Assembly: GCA_950097015.1 (NCBI GenBank)
Contig: CATNEN010000001.1
Coordinates: 20,956,001 to 21,020,000 of the forward strand
Direction: 5' to 3'
Length of the DNA: 64,000 nucleotides
Source of the DNA: Macrostomum hystrix
Lineage: Eukaryota > Animalia > Platyhelminthes
Shown here: positions 1 through 12,616 of the stretch, in pieces
Numbering within the stretch: position 1 is the stretch's first letter
Layout of the letters: every line of letters starts with the position of its first letter
Notes under the pieces: model-generated
Databases searched by the model: none
What the model saw: only the letters and a program-made list of their open reading frames with translations
What the model was told of the DNA's origin: nothing
Translations under genes and position numbers: made by a program

Positions 1-75
1 TCTAATGGTGCAGCCGAGCGAGCCGTCCAGACTATTAAGAAGGCCTTGCAGGCATGGACCCAGCGTCTAACACAT
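1..75 (+). pseudogene. Gypsy-type integrase core fragment, interrupted by the CACTA insertion at 76
   Basis: Frame 1 reads SNGAAERAVQTIKKALQAWTQRLTH (integrase SNGxAER motif). It rejoins in frame to GSFVSFLQKVLLHHRN...TPAELVLGRRLR at 12203 once the AT duplication is removed. Confidence 0.85.
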
Positions 76-440
76 CCCGCCTGGATAGCCGATCCGGTTG
101 TCGTCCGGCCGTCGTCCGCATTGGTCCGCGTTTGGTGGTCGATTCCGGACAAATGCACCTTTTCGTCCGGTATTCATCCGGTTTAAGCTGCCGGACAAAG
201 TAGCGGGCCAGTTTCCGGATCAGAGCCGGACAAAGTGGTGATTTTTTTACTCAATTGGTCCAGTTTAGTCCGGAATTATATCCGCTTGTTTACCCGGACA
301 AAAACCGGATGAAGCGTCGGATGACTTTACGGATGACTAGCCGGATGAATTGTCACTGTCGTCCGGAAAGTCATCCGTATTTTAATCCGGGCTGTCGCCC
401 GCCTAACAACCGGACGAAGAGCGGACATGTTTCCGGGTGA
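76..440. repeat. Left subterminal TCCGG/CCGGA repeat field of element 1
   Basis: Dense direct and inverted TCCGG motifs, as expected for CACTA subterminal repeats; mirrored at 11840-12200. Confidence 0.75.
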
Positions 441-445
441 TAGTG

Positions 446-1365
446 GATATATATATACACAGAAGACTCACGGTCTTCTTCCTTCACACACAGGCAGGCA
501 TATATACACAGAAGACTCACCGTCTTCTTCCTTCACACACAGGCAGGCATATATACACAGAAGACTCACCATCTTCTTCCTTCACACACAGGCATATATA
601 TATATACACAGAAGACTCACGGTCTTCTTCCTTCACACACAGGCAGGCATATATACACAGAAGACTCACGGTCTTCTTCCTTCACACGCAGGCAGGCATA
701 TATATACACAGAAGACTCACGGTCTTCTTCCTTCACACACAGGCAGGCATATATATACACAGAAGACTCACGGTCTTTTTCCCTCACACACAGGCAGGCA
801 TATATATACACAGAAGACTCACGGTCTTCTTCCTTCACACACAGGCAGGCATATATACACAGAAGACTCACCGTCTTCTTCCTTCACACACAGGCAGGCA
901 TATATACACAGAAGACTCACGGTCTTTTTCCCTCACACACAGGCAGGCATATATATACACAGAAGACTCACGGTCTTCTTCCTTCACACACAGGCAGGCA
1001 TATATACACAGAAGACTCACCGTCTTCTTCCTTCACACACAGGCAGGCATATATACACAGAAGACTCACGGTCTTCTTCCTTCACACACAGGCAGGCATA
1101 TATATACACAGAAGACTCACGGTCTTTTTCCCTCACACACAGGCAGGTATATATATACACAGAAGACTCACGGTCTTCTTCCTTCACACACAGGCAGGCA
1201 TATATACACAGAAGACTCACCGTCTTCTTCCTTCACACACAGGCAGGCATATATATACACAGAAAACTCACGGTCTTTTTACCTCACACACAGGCAGGCA
1301 TATATAAACAGAAGACTCAAGGTCTTCTTCCTTCACACACAGGCACATATATACACAGAAGACAC
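446..1365. repeat. 49/51-bp tandem satellite, ~18 copies
   Basis: Unit GTCTTCTTCCTTCACACACAGGCAGGCATATATACACAGAAGACTCACG with a variable (TA)n tract. Confidence 0.95.
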
Positions 1366-1557
1366 AAGCAGCCATTGTTGACTTGCAGAATGTGTGAGTT
1401 GCAGAATTAACAAATAAAAAATGATGTCAGCAGAACAAATGCTATGTGTTTTATCGTTTATCAAATGCTAAGTTTTGTTGCACATAAACTATTTAAAAAT
1501 ATGATAATGAGCAGGCTAGTTTGAACACAATGATTACAAAAGTTAGTCCATGCTCCG

Positions 1558-2711
1558 TGTAATAAAATGAATGTCCTAGCTGGAGCGAGAGGAATTTAAA
1601 GCTAGCGACTATTCACTATTCACCGGGGTCGGTGTCCTACCAATCGTTTCAATAGCAGCAGGGAATCTGAAATTAAATAGCGTTAGAGTACTAGGGTAGC
1701 AAGCGAAGCGGAATAGGAAATGTCGTCCTCCGGCCCGGCGAAACTCCCAATGAAAAAAGGAATAACACAGTGTGAACACAAGACTCGAATAATTTGATTA
1801 GAAGTGATTTGATCAGCTGTGACTAAGATTACAGATACGAATAGGAATTACTTTGAATATCGTTTACTTGACTTAAAAGTTATACTGACAGAATAGATGT
1901 TCGCACAGAAATAAATTATAGCGCGCTCACAGTGAGAAGCAAGTCTGGCCTAACAATTTGGATATAACAATTTTACCTAACTGGCCTAATCCGCGCCCTA
2001 CTCTTCCCGAGAGGCTCCGGTTGTCTCTGCTTTCAGCGCTGCCCCGACAAATCCTATCGGTTGGCACTCCTTCTGCCGGACGGCGGAGTCTCCGAAGAGA
2101 GCACGTACTGACTTCGACAACCAGCGCCTATCTAGACCACCCTTGTCAGCGGCGCACTCTCAAGACGCGTAGCGCCGAAAGCTACCTAACTGAACAAGCG
2201 GAGCGTGGTCGGGCGGGGAAGGACAAAACAAGTGGACTAAATTTGCTGGCGCGTGCTTCTCACAGTGTGAGGCGAATTGCCGATAGCGATAATTTGCACG
2301 TGCTTCTCACAGTGTGAGGCGGATTGCAGAAAAAGATAATTTTGGACTACAAAAACACGCTTCGTTATATAGAGTCATTTCGACCCCAAACTAGGTCGAT
2401 CGGCGAGGTGGATGCCTGGCTGTAGCTTGAGCCGAGGTGACAAATCACAGTAGACTTGCGACCGCCGTTCTGAGCCCCGGGGTTGCTTCTTGCCGAGGGT
2501 AGACAGGTAGTGAGGCCAGGTCGCTCGCTGATTGGCCGGGACCGTAGCCCAGGGGTAGCGCTCGCGGGGTGGTGGGCGTCCGTTCCCCCAGCTGGTCCGG
2601 CCCGGCTTGGCGTGGGTGACTCTTAGCAAAAAACACACGCGTCTAAAAATAGATAATTAAGCACTGAAAAATAACACGGGGAGATAGAAGTACAAACAAG
2701 CTGACACTACA
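1558..2711. mobile_element. Probable solo LTR (1154 bp)
   Basis: TGTAAT...ACTACA ends, flanked by 5-bp direct repeat CTCCG (1553-1557, 2712-2716); no convincing ORF. Confidence 0.55.
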
Positions 2712-2831
2712 CTCCGCATAAAAATAAACTAACCACAACTGCAGCCGCTTTTGCAGATCACACTGAAAAGTGGTATAATGATTTAGCTCGTAGTATGCAC
2801 AGCGAGATACAGCTTTAACCATTCAAAGGCT

Positions 2832-3313
2832 TCATGTGATTGGAAGGCAGTGTGATGTTAAGTCTTTGATTTGTAGACCCTGATAAAGCTGATAAAGTTT
2901 GAAGGTCTGGAACTGCTGTTGCTGCAGTTGCTGATTCTGCTGCAGTTGAACTTGTTGCTTGGTCGTCAATCCAAATAGTCCGATCGGCGCCGGTTGTGGC
3001 AGCAAAGGTTGCCTTGCAGAGGCCGCGGGCCTTGGCAGCACAGGAGCGCTAAGACGCTTTCCTAATGCAGGATTGCCGGTTGCGGCAGCAGGCTGCCATT
3101 TTTTATAGGCGCCGCATCCGCCACCGTATCGATACCCTTTCCTTTTGCGGTGCTTACTGGATTTCTTCGAAGACGGCGGCTTCTCTTTGCGCATCATGGC
3201 AACGATGTTTTGGCCAGCCGGCTTCACAAGAGAGCGCACGCACTGCATTGTTCCGTTCGGGTGCAGCAAGAAAATTTTCAGGGGGGGGAATTCCCCCCGC
3301 TTTGGTAGTTCTA
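2832..3313 (-). CDS. Unknown cargo exon (K/R-rich, then P- and Q-rich) inside element 1
   Basis: 145-aa ORF extends in frame upstream (ELPKRGEFPPLKIF) to a CTAATTAACAG branch/acceptor at about 3314-3324 on the minus strand. Confidence 0.4.
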
Positions 3314-4599
3314 CTGTTAATTAGCTATCTGGCATGTAAAAGTGGCAATAACAGAAAAATTTGCAACTGAAATCGAGGCTGATCAATGCAAGTATTCATC
3401 AGAACTATACAGACAATAGTAACTGACGCAAAGCGTGAAAAAGATAGTGACAGTTTAAAAAATGAATAAAATCATTAGCAAAAGTATCCCGATTTGCTGC
3501 AGAGTCGGTGATTCCATATATGGCAACGTGTATATATGTGCCTGTGTGTGATGGACCCGACAGAAGACAACAGAACACATATATACGCATGGCACCAATC
3601 AAGCTTTGAGAAATATTGCAAGACTTGATGGCCGTCCACGGCTAATGGGCACAGTGGCAGATTATGAAGTCTGCCAGAATTTGAAAATCCAAGCAACTGG
3701 GCAAAGCTGTGAATGAATGCATGCGAGACGAAGCAACTATTGATTGAGTGCATGCCCAAGAGTAATATAGTAATAGTAATATAATCCAGAGATGCAACTG
3801 ATTTGATTTATCGCTGTAATACATATAGAAATGTAAAGATATGTATGGGACGATATATAAAAGACATAAATATATATAAAGATACACGTACAGATATGAA
3901 GATAAAAAGTCATACACAGATATAATTTATACTAGCCGAGAAAGGCCATTCTCTAAGCATGACTTAAGTACCTCCTTGCTCTTAGACACAAGCAGCCATT
4001 GTTGACTAGTTCTAAGCGCCGAATTGCCATATACCAGCAGGCGCGCTCCAGACCAGAGTTGACAGCTAGCAGTTTGTCGATGAACCCAAGACTGCGGCCG
4101 CACACGCTAATAAGTTTGAGCAAGTCGACACTGAAACGACTATGGTCACGGGTGAGCTTGCTTGCCGGAGCCAATCAAGCTGAAAGCACGCACACAAGTT
4201 CACACAGACATTCTTCTTCTGTGTATATAGATGCCTGTGTGTGAAGGAAGAAAACCTTTGAGGCTGAGATCTTAAAGAGGGTACATTGAGACATATCAGA
4301 GACTGCTATGTCTCATCGATGTTGTTCGATGCCTTCGCATCTTTTGCATGTGTGCAACACATTAGATAGTACAGTATGTTAGATAGGGATCATAGAGGTC
4401 TTCGAAACAGCGGGTATTGTTCGACAAAATTGGTCTCGTCCGAGTTGTTACTGCAATGCAGAAATGCAGAAACATGTCGTCCATTCTATACGTGGATAGA
4501 TGAATAGGTCACACAGCACATAGTGCTATAGTGAATATGCGCATCTAGACATCATAAACCAACCCAATCTCTTTCAGTACTGCACGACTCGCAAACTGT

Positions 4600-7424
4600 A
4601 TGGACAATTCAGATTTACCGCCGCGGTTACAGCGGAGGCAGTACATGCGAGAGTACATGCGGCAGCGTGCGTTGGCCAATTCAATTAGTCGACAAGACGG
4701 TTCGCGATCACCTCTGCGTCCAACCGCAGGAACTTCTGCAGATGTCGACTCCGGCGAAGTCCAGTCCGGCGGCGCAGGCACCAGTGGGACTGCTGCAGTC
4801 GTCGCAGCTGCAAGCGGATCCGCCTCTACACCTACAGTATCTCGATCTCGAGATGAGCAGTCTGTATACCTGCCTATAGACAATCCAGAGTCCGACGACG
4901 GTGGCGCACAGGCCGATGGCCGCAATGGGGACCCGGTGTCGAGCTCTGACAGCACTTCGGACGGGGATTCTTCCTCTAGTGGTGAGTCCCAGTCAGAGAG
5001 TTGGCTTATCGCGGATTGTGGATCCGTCCCAATGGCTCATGTTTGATACTTTTGCGTTACCTGCACGTTGCACTCACACTGTCCACCGAACACATGCGCA
5101 CTACGCACACCACACACAATATATTCCTCCCAGGTTCGCAGTCTGATGACGGCCAGAGCACAGACTCCGACAACGACGAGGACGTCCCGGGGTTTCCAGG
5201 AGTGAATTGGCACGACGCTCTGGCCGTTTCGCTCGGAGAGGCGATTTGTGAGGTCAGCTCCTGCGCGAGGGAACTGAACCTGACAGTTAGCGGGACGACA
5301 AGGCTGCTTTCACTACTGCACAGGCTAGTACCCGACAACCGCCTTCCTCAGCACGGACGAACATTGCGTGAATCTTTGAAGAAGAGGGGAACAATCTCGG
5401 GGTCGTCAACATGTTACACTGTCTGCAACGACTGTTATCTACATTCCGAGCAGCGCTGCGATCCAGGAAACGCTAATTGTGCGCACTGTACGTCGGAAAA
5501 TGTGGCCAACTTCTGGTTATTCGACATACCTGCGCAGATCCGAACATTCGTTGAATCTCGCGGTGTTCTACAGAGCGTAACATTTCCGATTGAACGGCTT
5601 GCACTGGACGAAGAGAATCTGCACTTTGCCAAAAGCAAACTGTACAAGTCGTTTCTCGAGAACATCGAACCCGAGACTCGGAGCGACCTTACATACACCA
5701 TCTGTGCAGACGGATTTCCTCTTTTCTGCACTAGCAATGTCGAGGTGTGCCCCGTCTATCTGAGTATTAACGAAGTGCACGAGCGGCTGAAGCTCCGATT
5801 CGTGATGAAGTGTGGCGTGTGGGCCGGCAAGAAAAAGGTCCATGCCGCCGCCTTTCTGCCAATCGTCGTAAATGCACTGAATACTCTGCGCTTCGATGGT
5901 GTACAGTATATCGACAGCCTCGGGGTTCAGCGTCGATTGCATCTGCATCCGCTAATGGCGCTGTTCGACGCTCCAGCGAGAGCGGACGCTCTGTGCATGA
6001 AGCGTTTCTCGGCTATCTACGGATGCGAGAAGTGCTACATCCGGACATCATTGCATCCATCAGGCCATGGACGAGTCTACGGCGTCGGGGTTACTGACGC
6101 GATGCTTAATCAGGCCAGACGTCTAGGATGCGTTCAGACTGTAGTGCGGTCGACCAGCGACACTCACACTCTCGCTGAGCAGCACGCACAGCAGGGTGGC
6201 GACATTCGGACTGACGTCCTCGGTGTCCGTGGCCTGTCACCGCTGTCTCGACTGCACGGGTTTGACTTTGTCTGCGGCTGTCCACCGTGTTTCCTGCACC
6301 AGTTGTGCTCCGGCCTGGTACGCAATATTTTGCTCCAGCTGTTCCTCGTGCGTCATGAAAAACCGGATCGAGGCGCCACAAATTGTCCGGACCTGCACGC
6401 GCGGCTGAGCCACATCGACCAGCGTCTTCGGCGCATTCGCGTTCCTCGCACTGTTCAGCGTCACACTGTCAGGCTTCTCAAGGACATCAGACACATGCGC
6501 GGCCACGAATACGCAATGTGGTTGTTGGCGTTCGCGCCTTTCGTCCTTGATGACTTCCTGCCAGAGGAACACTACTGGCACATTTTAATCCTCTCCACGT
6601 GCATCTTCTGGATGTCCTTAGAAGGTGCGCCGCGTGCCGAATTGCGCCACGTTGAAATCGGGCTGAGACACTTTCACGCGAACTTGTCGCGCCTTTATTC
6701 GCTGCGATTTCTGTCATACAACGCCCATCAAGTCTGCTGCCACATGCTGCCGTATGCCATACTGGCAGGTCCTCTGAACCGTCAATCCGCCGGGCTGTTT
6801 GAATCGATGCATACCAGACTGCGTCGCCAGATTCACGGGTCCCGCCGCACGGATGTGGAGATTGTCGGAGCCGTTGAGCGCGAGCTGGCGGTCATGCAGG
6901 CTGAGGAGCTTCTCCGCGACAACGACCAGCAGACACGCGCGCGGCACAGAACGACATGCATGCGCGCGGCGTCTGGCATTCTACTACGGCGTCCTAACAA
7001 CATGGCCCATGGCTGGCGTTCGGCGTCTCTCCCGTCAGGGTTGTATTTCGAGGAGTATCTACCGGAGATTGAGACGCGGGCGTCATCTGCCTTTGTAGCC
7101 ATTGCCGGAAGCCAGCCGACGAGCTTTCAGTTCGGCCGCGTTCTAGCAATCGAGTGCGACAACGATGAGGTGTATGTCAACCTTCACATCCTACCCGTAC
7201 AGGACGCTGTCGTGGACCCACTGGAGGCCTTGTGTGCCGTACATGCCAACTCGGAGAACCGAGGTGCCAGATTTGCGCACATCCGAGGCCTCTTAGTCAA
7301 TCCATTCGGTCCGTTACCACATGAGCGCACCGTTCGAGTTCACGCCACCGCCATCGTTGGGTCGTGCGTCGTTTCGGACACAAAAATATGCGTTATGCCA
7401 CACCCGCAGATCGGCTTCCAGTAG
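4600..7424 (+). CDS. CMC/EnSpm-type DDE transposase, 2 exons (4600-4981, 5134-7424)
   Basis: CxxC zinc motifs; ADGFPLF (D1); FDAPARA...YGCEKC (D2 plus C2C); YNAHQVCCH; SAGLFES (E). Phase-1 intron G|GTGAGT...CCCAG|GT joins the 4600 and 5001 ORFs in frame. Confidence 0.88.
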
Positions 7425-7492
7425 CTTATTATTCAGGATCGTATTAATTAGCTGTTGCTTCTGTTTAATCATCACCGCATCAATAGTACGAG

Positions 7493-7566
7493 TATAAGTA
7501 TAAGTATCGTATAAGTATAAGTATCGTATAAGTATAAGTATAAGTATAAGGCTCGTATAAGTATAA
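7493..7566. repeat. (TAAGTA)n microsatellite
   Basis: Direct reading of the sequence. Confidence 0.85.
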
Positions 7567-8130
7567 TATCAATGGAATTGAAAATATCGGTCCCTGAAAG
7601 TAGTGTAAAATTCTCATTTCAAGCACATAATTCCCTCTATAATATTGTGGCGACAGTCGCTTTTTTTGCATGTCGGACGATTTTGTTTCATCGATGATTC
7701 TTGTGTCGCGCTCTCAACTCTTTAGCTAATTTAGAGGCAAATTTGGAATATGTTTCCTCTCAGCTTGTAATCCCCCAATACTCGGGTATATAATTGAAGA
7801 CGTCAGCTGCACTGAAATTGTTCCACTAATTTCATTATCATAAAAAATATTTCGTTTCGCAAACATTACACATGAGGCAGTATATAATTTCATGATCACT
7901 TTAATTATTATTGATACTGCACGACTGTTGCAGTACTATTTCATACCTTACCGGTTTCCATATTACTGCATGTTTGGTTTACTTACGTATGTGTATAACT
8001 GATTAGTTAGAAATACAATTGCATTTCCCGCTGCACTGTAACTATGTATACGTTTTTCCTCTTTTCTGCAGCCCTCGTGTACATGCACTAAAGGGTTGCA
8101 AACGGTTGTTCAAGTAATTGCTTAGCACGT

Positions 8131-8547
8131 ATGAGTACAAAGGGTTCCACCGCCTTACACTGCAGCTACATGTCCCGGCGCACGGGTCAATTTTCCGGGA
8201 CTCCAGACTGGTCCTTGATTTTGGACGGACTTATCGGCGAAGGGGTTGATGAGCTACTAGGAGATTCCGTAGATTCGGAGGTCGAGTCGGACGACACACA
8301 TACTACTCTAGGCTCACCCGCCGCCCAGGTAGATTCGGATGTACGGGTCGAGTCGGACGACACACATACTACTCTAGGCTCACCGGTCGCCCATGTCCAG
8401 CAGTTGGACAGTCAGGCCTGGGACGAAGATGCAGTTGCGCAGGAGGAGATCCAGGAATTAGTCCTGTCGCCCTCAGAGCTCCGCCGTCCGACGCCAGTCG
8501 CTAGCAGTACGCAAGTTGACGCAAGTACGCAATCAGTACGCTGCTGA
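8131..8547 (+). CDS. Acidic low-complexity ORF; possible N-terminal part of the CtIP-like cargo (one frame offset from it)
   Basis: Internal duplication gives VESDDTHTTLGSP twice; STQ motifs; overlaps the 8516 ORF in the next frame. Confidence 0.4.
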   Translation: MSTKGSTALHCSYMSRRTGQFSGTPDWSLILDGLIGEGVDELLGDSVDSEVESDDTHTTLGSPAAQVDSDVRVESDDTHTTLGSPVAHVQQLDSQAWDEDAVAQEEIQELVLSPSELRRPTPVASSTQVDASTQSVRC

Positions 8548-8788
8548 CTACAATAGGCTTCCGGACGAGCCGCCGCCTACGTTCGACTCACGCCGGCGGT
8601 ATGACAGGCAGCGCCTTCCTGCGCAAACTTGCCCAGACTGTGAAGCCTGGTACGCCAACCTGCCCGCCGAAGTTCGCGACCAGCGCCTGCAGCGCCATGG
8701 GCGCCATCGGCATCGTCCGATTATCCAGGCGCCAAACTTTTTTCCATCGACATGCCCCCCAGTCCGCCACCACTTCCGGTGGAGCTGA
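8516..8788 (+). CDS. CtIP/Sae2/Ctp1 C-terminal (SAE2)-like domain
   Basis: RRRYDRQRLPAQTCPDCEAWYANLPAEVRDQRLQRHGRHRHR...NFFPST aligns colinearly with the recalled CtIP sequence [42 protein letters not shown]...NFWEVGFPST (CxxC and RHR motifs). Confidence 0.75.
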   Translation: MTQVRNQYAADYNRLPDEPPPTFDSRRRYDRQRLPAQTCPDCEAWYANLPAEVRDQRLQRHGRHRHRPIIQAPNFFPSTCPPVRHHFRWS

Positions 8789-9434
8789 TGAGAGTAGGCA
8801 GGCGCCGTATGCGGCCCCTTCGCGGCCTTGCTCCCTATGATGCGCCGAAACCTAAGTCTGCAAAGAAGGATTGAATTGCTTTGGTAATTTAATTTCCCCA
8901 CCATGGTCGCGCCATGGTCGCCCCATGGGGACTAGTTGAAATAGGGATGGGGATAGGGATAGGATAGGGATAGGGATAGAAATATTTCCCCACATGTGGG
9001 TACAGGTGAAATCGTTTTTTAGAAGAACTGCTGCGCAACTCTTGTTCATATGCTGTTTCATCCTTCCACACTTTTTCTACATGTGTTGACGATTTCTGTT
9101 TTAGTTAAATTTTTAGTTTTTAGTTTTTGTTTAAACTTTTTGGTAATGCTATGCGGGTTGCTTGCTGAAGTGCAATGGCGTCGAGGTTGCTGAAGTGCAA
9201 ACACATATAATTATATGTGCTATAAAACGACCGGCGCTTTTTTGGCTTTGTGATATCCGTCAGTCTTGTTTGTTATTTCATTCCGTCCCGCTGCTAACTC
9301 CTTACGAACCCGTTGTACATAACCAAGTACTCAGTCACCTATAGTGCTCGAGGATCAGAGACGATGACTCCTGTACAGGTCTCGCGGAAATGCCAACCTC
9401 ACCTCATTTTCCAGCGTGCACGAGAACTGCCATC

Positions 9435-9608
9435 ATGGGCCGCACGTGTCGCGACGCTTCGGATAAAGAAAGACGTAAAGAGGCAAAAGAAACACATGCA
9501 ACAATAAAGAAAATAGTTTCTAAGAAAATAGTATCAGTACCATCCAGTGTCGCCAAGGTGTCGGCTCGGGCTACGGAAACCGATTCGGGTGCCAACGTCC
9601 CGACTGGA

Positions 9609-9646
<38 letters not shown>

Positions 9647-11368
9647 AGCTGTGGCAGATGCGGGTTTAAATCCGCCAGGTGGATTAGGCGTCGCTAATCC
9701 GACTGCCATCGATAGAGAATCCGAAGAAGTTCCGATTCCGCGGCATCGACTCGCCGCTGAAGGAGATAGCGAAGCTGAAATGGTGCCGTTTAATGCCGAA
9801 GCCAAGGCCCGGTTTTTTGTATTTCAGTATACCGACTTCCATCAGCGAACAAAGGTAGTGTCAACAGACGCCTGCTTGATGTCCACCAGTGCCATCATTT
9901 CGCGTCGGTCGGATGTGCAGCTGCCTCTAAACACCGGCGCCGTAGTCGCTGTCGTGACAGCTCGGAGCAAGCGTAGCACGGCCCGGCGCTATCTGGGCAC
10001 ACTAATAAAGGGCCCATTCGACAAGAAAAGCGAGGCTGCTGGTGCTGCCAGCTTGACTAACGTCCACGCGGCACCCGCCGAGCTGCCGCGGTCCTGCAGC
10101 TCCTGTCGCGGTCTCATGCTTGAGCTCCAAAGGGAGAAGGCCTTGACCGAATCCCTGCGTAAGTTTCTGATTAAGTTACTCATGGGGCCGTCAGATCGAT
10201 CTGCATTGTCGTATTCTGCATGCATCTAGATTCATCAACTGACGCATTCCGTCCACATATATAAGCAGAAGCAAACCATAAGTTAGCTGATTGACCTGTC
10301 AATCCTTCCAATTCAAATACATACGCAGGTGGCGAACTTAAGCTCCTCCGTACTTCTGAGACCAACCTGCTGGCACAGAACCACACGCTCCTGCACAAGA
10401 CGAGTGTGCAGGCCAAAATGGAGCGGAAGCTGGTCATGCAGGTCGAGCAGGCCGAAGCGCGCAACAATGGCCTACTGCGTAATGTCGAGACCGCCAACGC
10501 GCTGCTCGCCAGGGCGTCAAATTGCCTTTTGTCGGCCGCAAGTGCAACCACTTCAGGTGCTGCTGCAGCTGCATCACATGTGCGCCCCGATGATACCTTT
10601 GGTGACGCTGTTTCTAGCGCGCACTCCTCTGCCGACGAGTCTGCTGACGATGACGCATTTGGCGACCAGGCAACCTTCTCCGCTGATCGCAACCTGTCTG
10701 TTGCCGAAACGCGCGCGTTAATCCGCGCATGTGACGCGGAGCAAGGGACCGCCACTAGCTCTGCTACCGGCGGACTGGTCGCCCTTTCCGACAGCCAGAA
10801 GTTTTTTCATGTTCCTTTGCGACTCCGGTCTGAACTTGAAGACCGACACAAAGAATATAAGAAGGCGATGGAAGATCAGCAGGCGGTCGACCTAGACGCA
10901 GTTGCCATGCGGCACTTTACGCGCTTGGCGCTACTGCGTGCTGTCTTTAGGGCTGTCTTTACGTCGCAAGAATTGGCGAACTCATCCCTGTCAGGCCGAA
11001 GATTTGCTGGGTACGTTTCGGCGCCGGCGAACCCGGCCAAAGTTGCTGTCGCGAGGCAGTGGCTGCAGAACGCCGAGGTGCCAATTTACCGCAACGAACT
11101 GCATCGCGCATTCACTCGGTGCGGCGAGACGGCGAGATTGCAGCTGGGACTGCCGAAGCGCAGCCGACCCAAGCGTTCGACTGCGGCCCGCACACCTGGC
11201 CAGTCATCTCGCTCGAAGGCTACCACCTCTGCAGAACATGTTCTGCGCATAATTACCGAACAGACTGAGGAGTCTCATAACACTGGGACGCAGTTTAATC
11301 TCAACGCAGGCGACTTGGACGGCGACAGTCGTCCAAGTGACTTGTTGCTGGAGATGCTGAACGATTGA
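9435..11368 (+). CDS. Transposon accessory protein with coiled coil and BEN-like domain, 2 exons (9435-10158, 10329-11368)
   Basis: Phase-1 intron C|GTAAGT...CGCAG|GT joins the 9390 and 10406 ORFs in frame. LLRAVFRAVFTSQELANSSLSG matches the BEN domain signature. Poly-Ala is encoded by (GCC)n. Confidence 0.7.
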
Positions 11369-12200
11369 TGATTGTGGCCATTTGAGGATATTGGAGCAGG
11401 GTGGTTCTGGCCATTTGAGGATAGGGGTAAGGGGATTGTGGCCAGTGTGACTTTATGCACCAACTTTTTGTATTTCGTGATTTGAGAGGTGATTGTAGTC
11501 AGTGTGACTTTTTGCACCTACTATATTAGCATTTTGTGAGATGTGTCGAGTCGATGATGTGATGATGCTGAATGTTCGTAAAATACAAAGTAATTCTTGC
11601 CGGTTTAAGCCCCTGCTTTGGGTGTTCGTGCAGCATTACTACAAGCAGCTTCAGCTGTGCCACTTGGAAACAAAAAATGTTACTGGAAACCAGTCGTGAA
11701 TATGTCTTTGTAAAGCTTCTTTTCTATTTAAAACATCTCAACACAAATGTCTTTGGATTTCGCGTCTGCATTTAAAGGCCTCGCCATGAATTAAAGTCAG
11801 CGTGACTTTCATCAGTGTACTAAGTATGTACTTCCGCTTTCCATCCGGATGTTCTCCCGGATTTTCGTCCGGATCACGTGAATCTCTCTTTGCCCGGTTT
11901 TCGTCCGCTTTTTGATCCGGGTAGTCATCCGGTTTACGCGTCTGATGCAGTCGTCCGGTTTTGTCCGGAAAATAACCCGCCATGTGGTCCGGTTAGTTCT
12001 GGATGAAATTCCGAACAAGTTTTCGGATGACAGTCCGTATTTCAACCGGACCAATCGGCGTTTTTCCAGACATTTTGGTCCGATTTTAAACTTTTGCTCC
12101 GGTTTTTTTCGGACGAATCAAATGGGAAAAATACATTACAACCCCGGATGACACCCGGACGTGTATACGGACAAACTGCCGGACCACTTATCCAGGCGGG

Positions 12201-12616
12201 ATGGCAGCTTTGTCTCTTTTTTGCAGAAGGTTCTGCTACATCATCGCAATTCTTCAACTTCACGCGGACGAACACCTGCCGAGCTCGTGCTAGGACGGCG
12301 ACTTCGAATTCCGGTGGTCTCCACCTTCCAGCAGGGCGACCCGGTGCAGTTCAAGGCCAACGGCGACACCACCAGCTGTCGAGCTGAGTTCCTGATGTCG
12401 CAGGGGCGCAACACCTCCTGGCTACTGACGGGCGCCAAACTACAACTGGCCTCAAACAATCAATTCGGCCCGCTGGCTCCTGCCTCTGAGACCGATGAGG
12501 AAGAAGAGGCAGTTCACCAAAAACCACAAGCTAATATGCCTGAGGTTCCCCCAGAGATCGCTCCGACAAGAAGAAGCACTAGGGTGAGGAATCCCCCAAA
12601 TCGCTTTGTGCCGTAG
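12201..12616 (+). pseudogene. Gypsy-type integrase C-terminal part
   Basis: TPAELVLGRRLR, FQQGDPV, and terminal RRSTRVRNPPNRF, typical of Gypsy integrase tails; followed by a purine tract at about 12728-12738. Confidence 0.85.

Larger units (their letters stand above)
76..12200 (+). mobile_element. CMC/EnSpm (CACTA-like) DNA transposon, element 1 (12.1 kb)
   Basis: TIR CCCGCCTGGATA (76-87) and TATCCAGGCGGG (12189-12200); 2-bp TSD AT (74-75, 12201-12202); TCCGG-rich subterminal zones; internal DDE transposase; excision restores the integrase frame. Confidence 0.9.

Noticed and set aside
427-1410. Long ORFs (327 and 314 aa) and CRISPR-like look of the array
   Set aside because: Pure tandem satellite with no unique spacers, no cas genes and a eukaryotic context; the ORFs arise from a stop-free repeat unit.
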